Counted from the stretch's first letter, positions 32,342-41,186 are shown. The stretch is 64,000 nucleotides of DNA from Acidobacteriota bacterium (GCA_039931865.1 JBDTRB010000004.1:1441-65440), one strand, 5' to 3'. Notes: a model not told the origin generated them from the sequence alone. Program-made: numbers and translations.

Positions 32342-34495
32342 TTACTTCAGGTCGTACGTGTCGATCTTTTCGCCCTTCAGGTACTTGTCGAACCAGCGGA
32401 CGATGTGCTGCAGCCGCTCCACCCGGTGGGAGGGCTTTCCGGAGCGGGAGAGCTCGTGGCTCTCTCCCGGGAATCTCACCATCACCGCGGTCTTCTTCTG
32501 CGCTTTCAGCGCGCGAAACATCGCCTCGCCTCCCTGCGCAGGCGGCGTGCGAAGGTCTTCATCGCCTTCGACGAAGAGCATCGGAGTGACGATCTTGTCG
32601 GCGTAGCGCACCGGCGACCGGGTCCAGAACTCCTCCGCGTCGCGCATCGGATTCCCCTTGAACCACGATGGGGTGAAGAGCGTGAAATCCGCCGTGTACC
32701 AGAAGCTCGCCCAGTCGGCGACGGAGCGCTGGGAAACCGCCGCCTTGAAGCGGTCCGTCTGAGTCACGATCCAGTTGGTGAGCAGACCGCCGCCGCTCCC
32801 GCCGGTCACGCCCAGGCGCGCGGGATCGACATAGCCGCGGCGCACCACTTCGTCAACGCCAATCATCAGATCCTTGAAGTCGTCGCCCGGATATTTGTAC
32901 TGGATGACGTTCGCGAAGTCCTGGCCGTACGTCGTGCTGCCGCGGGGATTCGTGTAGAAGACGACATACCCCTTCGCCGCCATCCACTGGAACTCGTGCG
33001 TGAACGTGTTCCCGTACGCGGTGTGCGGACCCCCGTGGATCTCGAGAATCATCGGGTACTTCTTCGACGCGTCGAAGTCCGGCGGCTTCAGGATCCAGCC
33101 GTGGATTCGCTTCCCGTCGAAGCTCGTGTACCAGACCTCCTCGGGGGCGGGAAGCTTCAATCCCGCGAAGAGCCGCTCGTTGACGCGCGTGAGCTGCCGC
33201 AGTCTCTTCGTGGCCACATCGAGGACGTACAGATCGCCCACGTGCGTGTCGTCGCCGATCGTGAGCGCAATCCGCGACGCGTCGGGGGTCGCCGTCCAGG
33301 CCATGACGTCATGGTCGCCCGCGGTCAGGGGCGTCAGCGCCATCCCGCCGCCGGACGCGTCGAACCGCACGAGGTTCGCGCGTCCATGCTCCGTGACGGC
33401 CGCGATGATCCCGTTTCCGTCCGGCGTCCACTGGAGCCCGCCCGGGCTGCCGCCGCGCGGCGCGTGCTGGTCCCCGCCGACCGAGCTTCCGAGCTCGAAG
33501 TCTTTTCCGGCCGTGATCGCGAAGGGGCGCCCGTCGCGCATCAGGAACAGGTCGGAACGGGTATGAGACTGAACGGCCGGCGGGTTGACGGACCCGAAGA
33601 ACGCCCACCGGCGTCCGTCCGGCGAGAGCGAGGCCGCGCGCACCGGGCCCGCGATGTCGATGACGGTTTCGAGCGCACCGCCCTCCGCCGGAACCGAGTA
33701 GAGGTTCGAGTCGGACGGCTCGTAGTACGGCTCGTCCACCCTCTCGGATGTGAAAAGGATCCGCCGCCCGTCGGCGCTCCAGGCAATCTCGCCCTCGTCG
33801 TATCGGCCGGTCGTCACCGCTCGGGGCACGGGCGGCGTCTCGCCGTCTGCAACCGCGACCGTCCAGATGTGCTCGTGGTGCGCAGGATCGATCCAGCCGG
33901 ACCCATTGCGCCGATAGACCGCGCGCGTGATCACCCGGACATCGCTCTTCTTCGGCGGGGGCCCGCCGCCCGGGTGCTCACGCGCGACACGCTGCTCCTC
34001 GAGGTCCTCCGCGCTGGTGCCGCTGGTGAATGCGATCGACCTTCCGTCCGGCGACCACACCGGGTTGGAAGCGCCGCGCGGAAGGTCCGTCAGCCGGCGA
34101 GGCTCGCCTCCGGACATGGGAAGCGCAAAGAGCTGGGGCCGGTCCTTCTCCGCGACCGCCCGCGTAAACGCGAGGGTCCGCGAGTCCGGCGACCACCGAG
34201 GGGAGGTATCGCGCGGCCCCGTCGTGAGCCGGCGCGGCTCCGAGCCGCCGCCCGCCGCAACGACCCAGAGGCTCGTGTCGTACCGGTCCTCCTTCTCGTT
34301 CACGGTGACGAGCACGTAGGCGGCCGACTGCCCGTCGGGGGAGATGCGCGGGTCCGCGACCCAGCGGAACGCCAGGAAGTCCTTCTCGGTGATCGGCCGC
34401 GGGGTCTGGGCGAAGGCCCGGGCGGCCGTCAGGAATGAAAGAGACGCGACGACCGCGGCGGTGCGCAATAAGGTCCTCATCGATCCTCCTCTCAA
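32342..34495 (-). CDS. S9 family serine peptidase (prolyl oligopeptidase/acylaminoacyl-peptidase type) with an N-terminal TolB-like propeller, exported
   Basis: 717 aa with repeated 'SPDG..iAF' blades. The catalytic triad context is 'GGSGGGLL' (Ser), 'EGDEDLRTP' (Asp) and 'GESHELS' (His). The signal peptide is 'MRTLLRTAAVVASLSFLTAARAFA'. Confidence 0.92.
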   Translation of the reverse strand: MRGGSMRTLLRTAAVVASLSFLTAARAFAQTPRPITEKDFLAFRWVADPRISPDGQSAAYVLVTVNEKEDRYDTSLWVVAAGGGSEPRRLTTGPRDTSPRWSPDSRTLAFTRAVAEKDRPQLFALPMSGGEPRRLTDLPRGASNPVWSPDGRSIAFTSGTSAEDLEEQRVAREHPGGGPPPKKSDVRVITRAVYRRNGSGWIDPAHHEHIWTVAVADGETPPVPRAVTTGRYDEGEIAWSADGRRILFTSERVDEPYYEPSDSNLYSVPAEGGALETVIDIAGPVRAASLSPDGRRWAFFGSVNPPAVQSHTRSDLFLMRDGRPFAITAGKDFELGSSVGGDQHAPRGGSPGGLQWTPDGNGIIAAVTEHGRANLVRFDASGGGMALTPLTAGDHDVMAWTATPDASRIALTIGDDTHVGDLYVLDVATKRLRQLTRVNERLFAGLKLPAPEEVWYTSFDGKRIHGWILKPPDFDASKKYPMILEIHGGPHTAYGNTFTHEFQWMAAKGYVVFYTNPRGSTTYGQDFANVIQYKYPGDDFKDLMIGVDEVVRRGYVDPARLGVTGGSGGGLLTNWIVTQTDRFKAAVSQRSVADWASFWYTADFTLFTPSWFKGNPMRDAEEFWTRSPVRYADKIVTPMLFVEGDEDLRTPPAQGGEAMFRALKAQKKTAVMVRFPGESHELSRSGKPSHRVERLQHIVRWFDKYLKGEKIDTYDLK

Positions 34496-34545
34496 CTCCG
34501 AAAATCAGCAGGCTCGGCTGCCCGCTCCTGCGCCCCTCGCCGGAA

Positions 34546-34570
34546 CCCTCTCCCGCGTCCGCGGAGAGGG
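34546..34570. repeat. Solo CCCTCTCC/GGAGAGGG hairpin module
   Basis: The sequence reads gCCCCTCGCCggaaCCCTCTCCcgcgtccgcGGAGAGGGaggg. The same module adjoins hairpin-array copies B, C and D. Confidence 0.5.
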
Positions 34571-34596
34571 AGGGCACACCCGTAAAGCGTTTGCCC

Positions 34597-35505
34597 TTAG
34601 GGGGAAAGCCCCGGCTCGTAGTTCGTTATGAACTCCAGGAACCGCGATGCCTCCAGCATGTCTTTTGCGCGGAAACGGATCGCGTGGGCGTCGATCCGTT
34701 CCACGATCGGGAGGTACGCGAGGACTTCGGCGGGACGGTAGTTCTTGAATCGGATCTCGAGCTCCACCGGAGTCTTCACGGGCCAGGGACGGATCTCAGC
34801 GCGGCGAGCCACAGCGGCGCGGGCCTTCGCGCGAATCACGTCGCACGCCGCGGCGGGGGTCATGGTCCTCGCGGAGTGGAATCCGTAGGCCCATTTCACG
34901 ATCGCCGTCTCGATCCCCGGCAGAAGTGCGGAGGCTTCCTTCGCGATCGCGTCGTCACCGGTCACGAGAAGGACGGGAACGCGGAAGTGGGCGGCAATCG
35001 CCGCGTTGATCCCGGTCTCCGGAACGGAAACTCCGTTCAGTTTCACGTCGGCGAGGGTCGCCGAAGACATCGTGTGCGCGCGGACGCCGGTCGGATTCGT
35101 GGTGGAGGCGTGGTATCCGATGAATAGCGCGCCCGCGAAGGTTTCGTCGATCCCCTGCATCATCGCGAGAGGCCTCGGCCAGGCGCGCACGATTTGAACG
35201 TCTTTGGGAAATTTCTCGATCAGCAGGCTCTCGCCGTTTCCGTGCGAGTCGCTGACCACGAACTCCGTCGCTCCGGCGGCGCGCGCGCCGTCGATGGCGG
35301 CGAGCGTCTCCTCCGTCATGAACTCGCGGAACCGCCCGTACTCGAACCCCGCGGGGTTCAACTGCTCTCCGGTGACGACCCCGGCGATCCCCTCCATGTC
35401 GACTGAGATGTAAATGCGGACGGCCGGCGCGGCGCCCGCGCTCCAGGCCAGGAGGAACGCGGCGGCGCCTCCGAGAAGCGCTCGCCGCCAGCCTCGCGGG
35501 ATCAC
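34597..35505 (-). CDS. M55 family D-aminopeptidase (DppA-type), exported
   Basis: 'IYISVDMEGIAGV', 'VVSDSHGNG' and 'GYHA'. The GTG start overlaps the upstream stop (GTGA). Confidence 0.88.
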   Translation of the reverse strand: MIPRGWRRALLGGAAAFLLAWSAGAAPAVRIYISVDMEGIAGVVTGEQLNPAGFEYGRFREFMTEETLAAIDGARAAGATEFVVSDSHGNGESLLIEKFPKDVQIVRAWPRPLAMMQGIDETFAGALFIGYHASTTNPTGVRAHTMSSATLADVKLNGVSVPETGINAAIAAHFRVPVLLVTGDDAIAKEASALLPGIETAIVKWAYGFHSARTMTPAAACDVIRAKARAAVARRAEIRPWPVKTPVELEIRFKNYRPAEVLAYLPIVERIDAHAIRFRAKDMLEASRFLEFITNYEPGLSP

Positions 35506-35999
35506 TTGACGCGGATCTGGCGGCGGATCTCGGTGCGGCCCCCGTCTTTCGCGATCAGCGTGATCGTCAGGGTATGGAGGCCCGGATCGACTTTCGGGAT
35601 GGGAAAGCCGAAGCCTGCGCGGTCGGTGTTCGGGAAGTTCGGGTAGCTCTGAGCGACTCCCGGAAACGTCTGGTTCAGCGCGACGGGACTCGTCACGCCT
35701 GCTTCGGACGAGACGGTGATCTGCGAAATCCCGGAATCATCGAGCGCCCAGCCAAACGCCCAGCTGCTCGCGGCGGCCGTGGCGCCTTCCTTCGGGGTGT
35801 CCAGAAACCCGAACGGCGGCTTCGAGACGTCACCAGCGCCCGTGGCTGCGGGAGCGCCGGCGGGGGTCGAGGCGGACGCAACGGGGGTCGCTCCTGCGGC
35901 GCTCTCCGATCCGGCCGCGGTTTCCGATTTCTGACATCCCGACACCAGGAGTGCCGCCATTCCCACACCGACCGTCAGAGTCTTCCATTGCGAGATCAC
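35502..35999 (-). CDS. Lipoprotein with an Ig-like C-terminal domain (hypothetical)
   Basis: ORF 35502..36089 trimmed to GTG 35999, which has AAGGAG 6 nt upstream. The lipobox is 'AALLVSGC'. A Thr/Ala/Gly-rich linker is followed by a beta-rich domain. Confidence 0.7.
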   Translation of the reverse strand: MISQWKTLTVGVGMAALLVSGCQKSETAAGSESAAGATPVASASTPAGAPAATGAGDVSKPPFGFLDTPKEGATAAASSWAFGWALDDSGISQITVSSEAGVTSPVALNQTFPGVAQSYPNFPNTDRAGFGFPIPKVDPGLHTLTITLIAKDGGRTEIRRQIRVK

Positions 36000-36047
36000 G
36001 ATCGTCTCCTTCTCTTGTGGCTCCAAGTTCTGGGGCATTCTAGTGCC

Positions 36048-36746
36048 ATGGCGAACACCCGGAGAGCTCAGAAGGATCGCGCCGGACAAGGCTTCTCAGG
36101 CTTCTCAGGCTTCTCAGGCTTCCCAGGCTTCCCCGACTACGGGCTGACCCCGCGAGAGTCGGGTTTCTTGAGGAGGCTCTCGCCGCCCTGGAAGATCCAG
36201 CGCTTCCTCGATTCGATCGAGTACGACGTCCAGGGCTCCGCGTGCCGGTCTCCACGCAGGGTGCTGCGGGAGCGCAGGGTGCAGTGCATGGACGGGGCTC
36301 TCTTCGCCGCGGCGGCGCTGCGCCTTCAGGGGGAGCCTCCCCTGCTCCTGGACCTCGAGGCCGACGCGGACGACGACCACGTTCTCGCGCTTTTCCGGGG
36401 GCCGGCCGGCTGGGGAGCGATCGCGCGTTCGAACTACTCCGGGCTGCGATACCGGGAGCCCGTACACCCGACGATCCGCGCGCTCACGATCTCTTACCTC
36501 GAGGGTTACTTCAACCTGCGCCGCGAGAAGACGCTGCGGCGCTATTCGAAGCCGGTGCATCTCGCGCGGTTCGACCGGCTGCGGTGGATGACGGCGGAGG
36601 AAGACCTCTGGGCGATCCCCGAGGCGCTCGTCGGGGTGCCGCACCGCGTCCTGTTCCCGCCCGCGGTCTGGCGCTCGTTTGGAACCGTGGACTCCCGGAC
36701 GTTCCTCGCTGGGCTCGTAGGGAGAAAAGAAAAGCCAGGCGCGTGA
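36048..36746 (+). CDS. Transglutaminase-like / papain-fold cysteine peptidase superfamily protein (hypothetical)
   Basis: ORF 35574..36746 trimmed to ATG 36048. It shows the Cys-His pattern 'VQCMDGALFAAAALRLQG....DDDHVLALF...GWGAIARS', typical of the transglutaminase core. Confidence 0.65.
   Translation: MANTRRAQKDRAGQGFSGFSGFSGFPGFPDYGLTPRESGFLRRLSPPWKIQRFLDSIEYDVQGSACRSPRRVLRERRVQCMDGALFAAAALRLQGEPPLLLDLEADADDDHVLALFRGPAGWGAIARSNYSGLRYREPVHPTIRALTISYLEGYFNLRREKTLRRYSKPVHLARFDRLRWMTAEEDLWAIPEALVGVPHRVLFPPAVWRSFGTVDSRTFLAGLVGRKEKPGA
36089..36133 (+). repeat. In-frame 9-nt tandem repeat x5 (GGCTTCTCA x3, GGCTTCCCA, GGCTTCCCC) encoding GFSGFSGFSGFPGFP
   Basis: Read directly from the sequence and from the ORF translation 'GQGFSGFSGFSGFPGFPDY'. 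Confidence 0.85.
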
Positions 36747-36817
36747 TCGCCTTTCCGGCCGCAGGGGGAGGGTATTTTCTGATCGCCGTGCGTCCCGGTC
36801 ATCATCACTTCGGCTGA

Positions 36818-37075
36818 GCCCCTCACCCTGGCCCTCTCCCGCCGGAAGAGGGTAGTTCTCAGTCGCTTCTTCGCCACCGTGGCGAATACGCTCGCCCCGA
36901 GAGGAGTCTCCTGACCGAAGGGAAGGAGGAGCCTCTCGGGGCGGGAGCCGAAGCGAACGGAGCGAGCAGGCCGGCGGTCGAGGCCGCATCCGGCCGAGCC
37001 GCCGGCCGGTGCCTTCGCCGCACACGGCGAAGGCAGCTCGCGCAGTGAGCGGAGGCGAAGGCGGCGACGGTTATC
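36818..37075 (+). repeat. Hairpin-array repeat family, full copy C
   Basis: C-tract/hairpin module at 36819-36852. Hairpin 1 at 36893-36943, hairpin 2 at 36969-37007 and hairpin 3 at 37010-37035. The tail AGTGAGCGGAGGCGA starts at 37044. The copy is near-identical to the reverse complement of copy B. Confidence 0.7.
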
Positions 37076-37382
37076 CTTTCGTCGCGTCCGGGTCGTCGGC
37101 GGGAGCGTGCCGCAGGATCGCCTCCATCAGTGGCCGGAACTGCTCCGGCGTGCGCTCCTCGTCGAAAGTCACCGAATGGCTGGTGTGGCCGTCCTCGACG
37201 GAGAGCGTGTAACGCAGCCGATCCGGCCCGGTCCGCAACGTCGCCTCGCTGAATCGCGCGAGATCCGCGCCGGCGACGAGCCGCCGCATCTCCGCGTCGT
37301 GGGGGCTTCCCTGTTCGGTGTCGACGACCGCCTTGCGGCTCATTCCGGCGACGCCGCCGCTTCGGAGCAGAAGGAGCCTCAT
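37071..37382 (-). CDS. Emfourin-like protein (candidate protealysin/M4 protease inhibitor)
   Basis: 103 aa. The pattern 'RSGGVAGM....VVDT', 'E.RRLV', 'GPDRLRYTLSVEDG..SH.VTF.E...PEQFRPLMEAI' matches my recollection of the emfourin family. The start overlaps the symporter stop (ATGA). An M4 protease gene lies in the same operon. Confidence 0.6.
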   Translation of the reverse strand: MRLLLLRSGGVAGMSRKAVVDTEQGSPHDAEMRRLVAGADLARFSEATLRTGPDRLRYTLSVEDGHTSHSVTFDEERTPEQFRPLMEAILRHAPADDPDATKG

Positions 37383-38653
37383 GGCCGTGCGGCGACCTCG
37401 GCGCCCGGCGAGCTTTCGTCGCGGACGGCGACCGGCTCACCGAGCACGCCCTCCCATCGCGCGACCACGACCGAGGCGACGCAGTTCCCCATCACGTTGA
37501 TCGAGGTCCTCGCCATGTCCATGAGCTCGTCGACGGCGAGAATCATCGCGACGCCCGCTTCGCCGGGCAGGTTGAATGCCGCGCAGCCCGCTGCGATGAT
37601 CACGAGCGAGGCCCGGGGAACTCCCGCCACCCCCTTCGAGGTCAGCAGGAACGTCAGCATCATCAGGAGCTCGGTCTCGATCGACATCTTGATCCCGGCC
37701 GCCTGCGCGATGGTCAGGGCGGCGAGAGAAATGTAGAGAGTCGATCCGTCGAGGTTGAAGGAGTACCCCGCCGGGATCACGAAACCGGCGACGGACTTCG
37801 GTACGCCGAACTCGACCATCTTCTCGAGGGCCCGGGGCAGCGCCGCTTCGGAAGACGCGGTCGAAAAAGCCAGGAGAAACGGCTCCCGGATCTTCTGGAA
37901 AAAAATGCGTATCGGAGCGCGCGCGATCATCAGCGCCGGGATCAGGACGATCAGCGTGAAGAGGACCAGCGCAGCGTAAAGCGAGCCGACGAGCTTCGCA
38001 TAGGAGCCGAGCACCTTCAGTCCGTGGTGCGAAACCGCGCCGGCCATCGCCCCGAGGACGCCGAGGGGCGTCAGGGCCATGACGTAGTCGGTCAGCTGGA
38101 ACATGACCGCGACGACGGAATCCATGAGGTTTAAGAACGGCGCCGACTTTCCCTTCACGTGTGCGGCGGCGACGCCGAGAAGCGTCGCGAAGACGACCAC
38201 CTGGAGGATGTCCTGCTTCGCCATCGCGTCCACCACGTTCGAGGGAAAGAGGTGGAGGAGCGTTTCGACGAAAGTCTTCGGCTGGACGAGCGTCTCCCCG
38301 GACGGCGGAAGCTTCAGCCCGTCTCCGGGCCGGACGAGGTGCGCGATCGCGAGGCCGAGCGCGAGCGCGATCGTGCTCGCGACCTCAAAGTAGACGAGTG
38401 CTTTCCATCCCATCCGGCCGACCGCTCTTACGTCCCCGGTCTTCCCGATGCCGACCACGATGGTCGAGAAGATCAGCGGGACGATCAGCATCTTGATGAG
38501 GCTGATGAACGCCTTCGACAGGAAGCGGAAGGCCTCGTACGCGCCCGGATGGGTCTCCGCGGGGAGGAGCGCGCCGAGCACGACGCCGAGGATCAGGCCA
38601 TAGAAGATCAGCGCGGTCGAAGAGAGCCAGCGGGGGCGCCGGGACGAACGCAT
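37379..38653 (-). CDS. Dicarboxylate/amino acid:cation symporter (DAACS, GltP/DctA-like)
   Basis: 424 aa with 'LKMLIVPLIFSTIV', 'SSEAALP' and 'IPAGYSFNLDGSTLY', which are family-typical re-entrant loop motifs. Confidence 0.9.
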   Translation of the reverse strand: MRSSRRPRWLSSTALIFYGLILGVVLGALLPAETHPGAYEAFRFLSKAFISLIKMLIVPLIFSTIVVGIGKTGDVRAVGRMGWKALVYFEVASTIALALGLAIAHLVRPGDGLKLPPSGETLVQPKTFVETLLHLFPSNVVDAMAKQDILQVVVFATLLGVAAAHVKGKSAPFLNLMDSVVAVMFQLTDYVMALTPLGVLGAMAGAVSHHGLKVLGSYAKLVGSLYAALVLFTLIVLIPALMIARAPIRIFFQKIREPFLLAFSTASSEAALPRALEKMVEFGVPKSVAGFVIPAGYSFNLDGSTLYISLAALTIAQAAGIKMSIETELLMMLTFLLTSKGVAGVPRASLVIIAAGCAAFNLPGEAGVAMILAVDELMDMARTSINVMGNCVASVVVARWEGVLGEPVAVRDESSPGAEVAARP

Positions 38654-38692
38654 GCCGCCTTTCAGACTACACGAATCGGCGGCGGCGCCTTC

Positions 38693-39730
38693 TCACGCCG
38701 CGGGGATTCCGACGGCGCCCCACGCGTCCCGCACGGCGGTCGCCTCGCGCGAAGTCGGACCGAACAGCTCGTCCGCGACGGCGGCCGTGAGCTGCGCGGC
38801 CTGCGCGAAATTCGTCGTCTTGCGGAACCGATCGCGCAGCGCGAGGTACCAGATCTTTCCCGCCTTCTCCCACGAGAACCCGCCGATCGCCGTCGCGACG
38901 AGAAAGAAAGCGCGATTCGGAATTCCGGAGTTGATGTGCACGCCTCCGTCGTCGTCGGCGGTCTCGACGTACTCGCTCATGTGGGCGGGCTGCGGATCCT
39001 TCCCGAGCACCGGATCGTCGTAGGCGGTGCCGGGAGCTTCCATCGAGCGGAGAGCCTTGCCCATCACGCGCTTCGTGAACAGCCCTGCCCCGATCAGCCA
39101 GTCGGCGGCGATCGCCGTCTGCTGCAGCTGGCGCTGCTTGACGAGCGACCCGAACACGTCCGAAATCGACTCGTTCAGCGCGCCCGGCTGGTCCTGGTAA
39201 TCGAGGTTGGCCTCGTGCGCGGTGACGCCGTGGGTGAGCTCGTGCCCGATGACATCGGGCGCGGCGGTGAACCGTCCGAAGAGCTTGCCGTCCCCGTCGC
39301 CGTAGACCATCTGGGTGCCGTTCCAGAACGCGTTGTCGTAGCCGGAGTCGTAATGAACGGACGAGTCGAGACGCCTCCCGCGATCGTCGATCGAATTGCG
39401 GCCGTAAACCTCGAGGTAGAGGTCGTACGTGGCCCCCGCGCCGTCGTAGGCCTCGTCGACGGCGGCGTCCCCGCTGTCCTCCTGCCCTTCGCTCCGTACG
39501 AGGCGGCCCGGAAGCGAGGTGCCGTGCGCCGCGTCGAAGACCGTCCGCCGCTTCTCGCCGGCGGGGGTGACCAGAGGGAATACGGCGACGATCTCCCGGC
39601 GCGCCCGGAACCTCTCGGAGACGAGAAGCGTCGCGAGAGCGCTCCGCCGTTCGTCCGGCGTGCCGTTCTCGGCGATCGACTTGAGCATGTGCGGCGGGAC
39701 AATGGAGCAGCGGGTCCGACGTCGAATCAT
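38693..39730 (-). CDS. M4 (thermolysin) family metallopeptidase, protealysin-like, with no signal peptide
   Basis: ORF 38693..39769 trimmed to ATG 39730. It has a short propeptide with 'CSIVPPHMLKSIA', 'VIGHELTHGV' (HExxH), 'GALNESISDVFG' and 'GGVHINSGIPN'. Confidence 0.9.
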   Translation of the reverse strand: MIRRRTRCSIVPPHMLKSIAENGTPDERRSALATLLVSERFRARREIVAVFPLVTPAGEKRRTVFDAAHGTSLPGRLVRSEGQEDSGDAAVDEAYDGAGATYDLYLEVYGRNSIDDRGRRLDSSVHYDSGYDNAFWNGTQMVYGDGDGKLFGRFTAAPDVIGHELTHGVTAHEANLDYQDQPGALNESISDVFGSLVKQRQLQQTAIAADWLIGAGLFTKRVMGKALRSMEAPGTAYDDPVLGKDPQPAHMSEYVETADDDGGVHINSGIPNRAFFLVATAIGGFSWEKAGKIWYLALRDRFRKTTNFAQAAQLTAAVADELFGPTSREATAVRDAWGAVGIPAA

Positions 39731-39843
39731 GGGTCCGCAACAGTGGCGCGGGGGCCCGGCGGCTGTCAAGCGGAGGCGGACCTCCCGGCGTCTTATGCTA
39801 CGAACATGGTCGCTCCTGTCCCGGAAAACCGGCGGCTCCGCCC

Positions 39844-40935
39844 GTGACGCGCGTCGAGGATCTCCCGACTCCCGCCGTGCTCGTCGACGTCGACATCCTC
39901 GAGCGCAACGTGGCGAGAATGGCGGGCGCGGCGCGGGCGGCGGGAGTGCGCCTTCGCCCCCACGCCAAGACGCACAAGTGCCCGGAGATCGGGCGGCTGC
40001 AACTCGCGGCGGGCGCGGCGGGCCTCTCCCTCGCGAAGACCTCCGAAGCGGAAGTCTTTGTCGACGCAGGGTTCGACGACATCTTCATCGCGTATCCGGT
40101 GGTCGGCGCCGGAAAGCCGGAACGGCTGCTCGCTTTAGCCGACCGCGCCCGTCTGGCGGTGGGGGTCGACAGCGTCGAAGGGGCGCGCGCGCTCGGCGCG
40201 CCGTTCGCCGCCGCGCACCGCACGCTCGACGTTCTGCTGAAGGTCGACTGCGGGCTCCACCGCGTCGGCGTTCCACCGGAGGCGGCGTCCCGCATCGGGG
40301 CGATGATCGCGGAGCTCCCGGGTCTCTCGCTGCGCGGTGTCTTCACGCACGCGGGGCACTCCTATCTCGAGGACTCCCCGGAAAGAGTCCAGGGCGTCGG
40401 ACGCGGCGAGGGCGAATCGCTCACGGCCGCTGCGGCGGAACTCGAGCGGGCAGGCGTACCGATCTCGGAGGTCTCGGTCGGCTCGACTCCCTCAGCCCGC
40501 GCGGCGATGCGAGTCGAGGGCGTCACGGAGTGCCGCCCGGGCAACTACGTGTTCCACGACGCGTCTCAGGTCTCGCTCAAGACCTGCCGCCTCGAGGACT
40601 GCGCTATGACGATCGAGGCGACCGTGGTCAGCGTTCCCGACGCCCGCCGGGCGGTGGTCGACGCGGGCTCGAAGACGATATCGACGGACACCCTGCGGCC
40701 GAAGCCGGGAGGGCACGGGTTCCTTCTCGGCCGGCAGAGCCGGATCGCGCGGCTCTCGGAGGAGCACGGCGTCATCGAGACGGCGCCCGGCGAGCAGTTT
40801 TTCGTCGGCGAGCGCGTGCGCATCGTTCCAAACCACGCGTGCGTCGTGTCGAACCTCCACGACCGGATCTACGCGGTCCGGAGCGGGGCCGTCGAAGCCG
40901 TCTGGCGGATCGCCGCGCGCGGGAAGGTCGAGTAG
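39844..40935 (+). CDS. PLP-dependent D-threonine aldolase / D-serine dehydratase-like enzyme (alanine-racemase-N fold, DSD1 family)
   Basis: 'TPAVLVDVDILERNVARM', the PLP lysine context 'RPHAKTHKC', 'GVFTHAGHSY' and the C-terminal 'RIVPNHAC'. Confidence 0.85.
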   Translation: MTRVEDLPTPAVLVDVDILERNVARMAGAARAAGVRLRPHAKTHKCPEIGRLQLAAGAAGLSLAKTSEAEVFVDAGFDDIFIAYPVVGAGKPERLLALADRARLAVGVDSVEGARALGAPFAAAHRTLDVLLKVDCGLHRVGVPPEAASRIGAMIAELPGLSLRGVFTHAGHSYLEDSPERVQGVGRGEGESLTAAAAELERAGVPISEVSVGSTPSARAAMRVEGVTECRPGNYVFHDASQVSLKTCRLEDCAMTIEATVVSVPDARRAVVDAGSKTISTDTLRPKPGGHGFLLGRQSRIARLSEEHGVIETAPGEQFFVGERVRIVPNHACVVSNLHDRIYAVRSGAVEAVWRIAARGKVE

Positions 40936-41186
40936 GGGACCCTGGTCCGAATTCAGTGCGGACCCTTCGCTCTCGTCGACCTGGCCGTCGTAAAGCCGCC
41001 GGCATCGTGTTTCGGACCTGACGCTCCGATCCGCCTTCGCAAGCGCATCTTTCGCGCTCTCCGCTGTAAGATCTCCGCAAAACCTCCGTCCCTCGACTCC
41101 TGGACCGCGGTGGTCATCCCCTCGTGGACGTGGAGCCGTCGCCGGTGGACCTGTTTGCGGCGATCGATACACAAGGAGGGTGGGCG

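Noticed and set aside
40936-41186. 250-nt leader of the TonB-dependent receptor examined for a cobalamin or TPP riboswitch.
   Set aside because: I could not find a B12 box, or the CUGAGA/ACCCUU...GAACCUGAUC elements of the TPP aptamer. There are only generic GC-rich pairings. A covariance-model scan would be needed to be sure.
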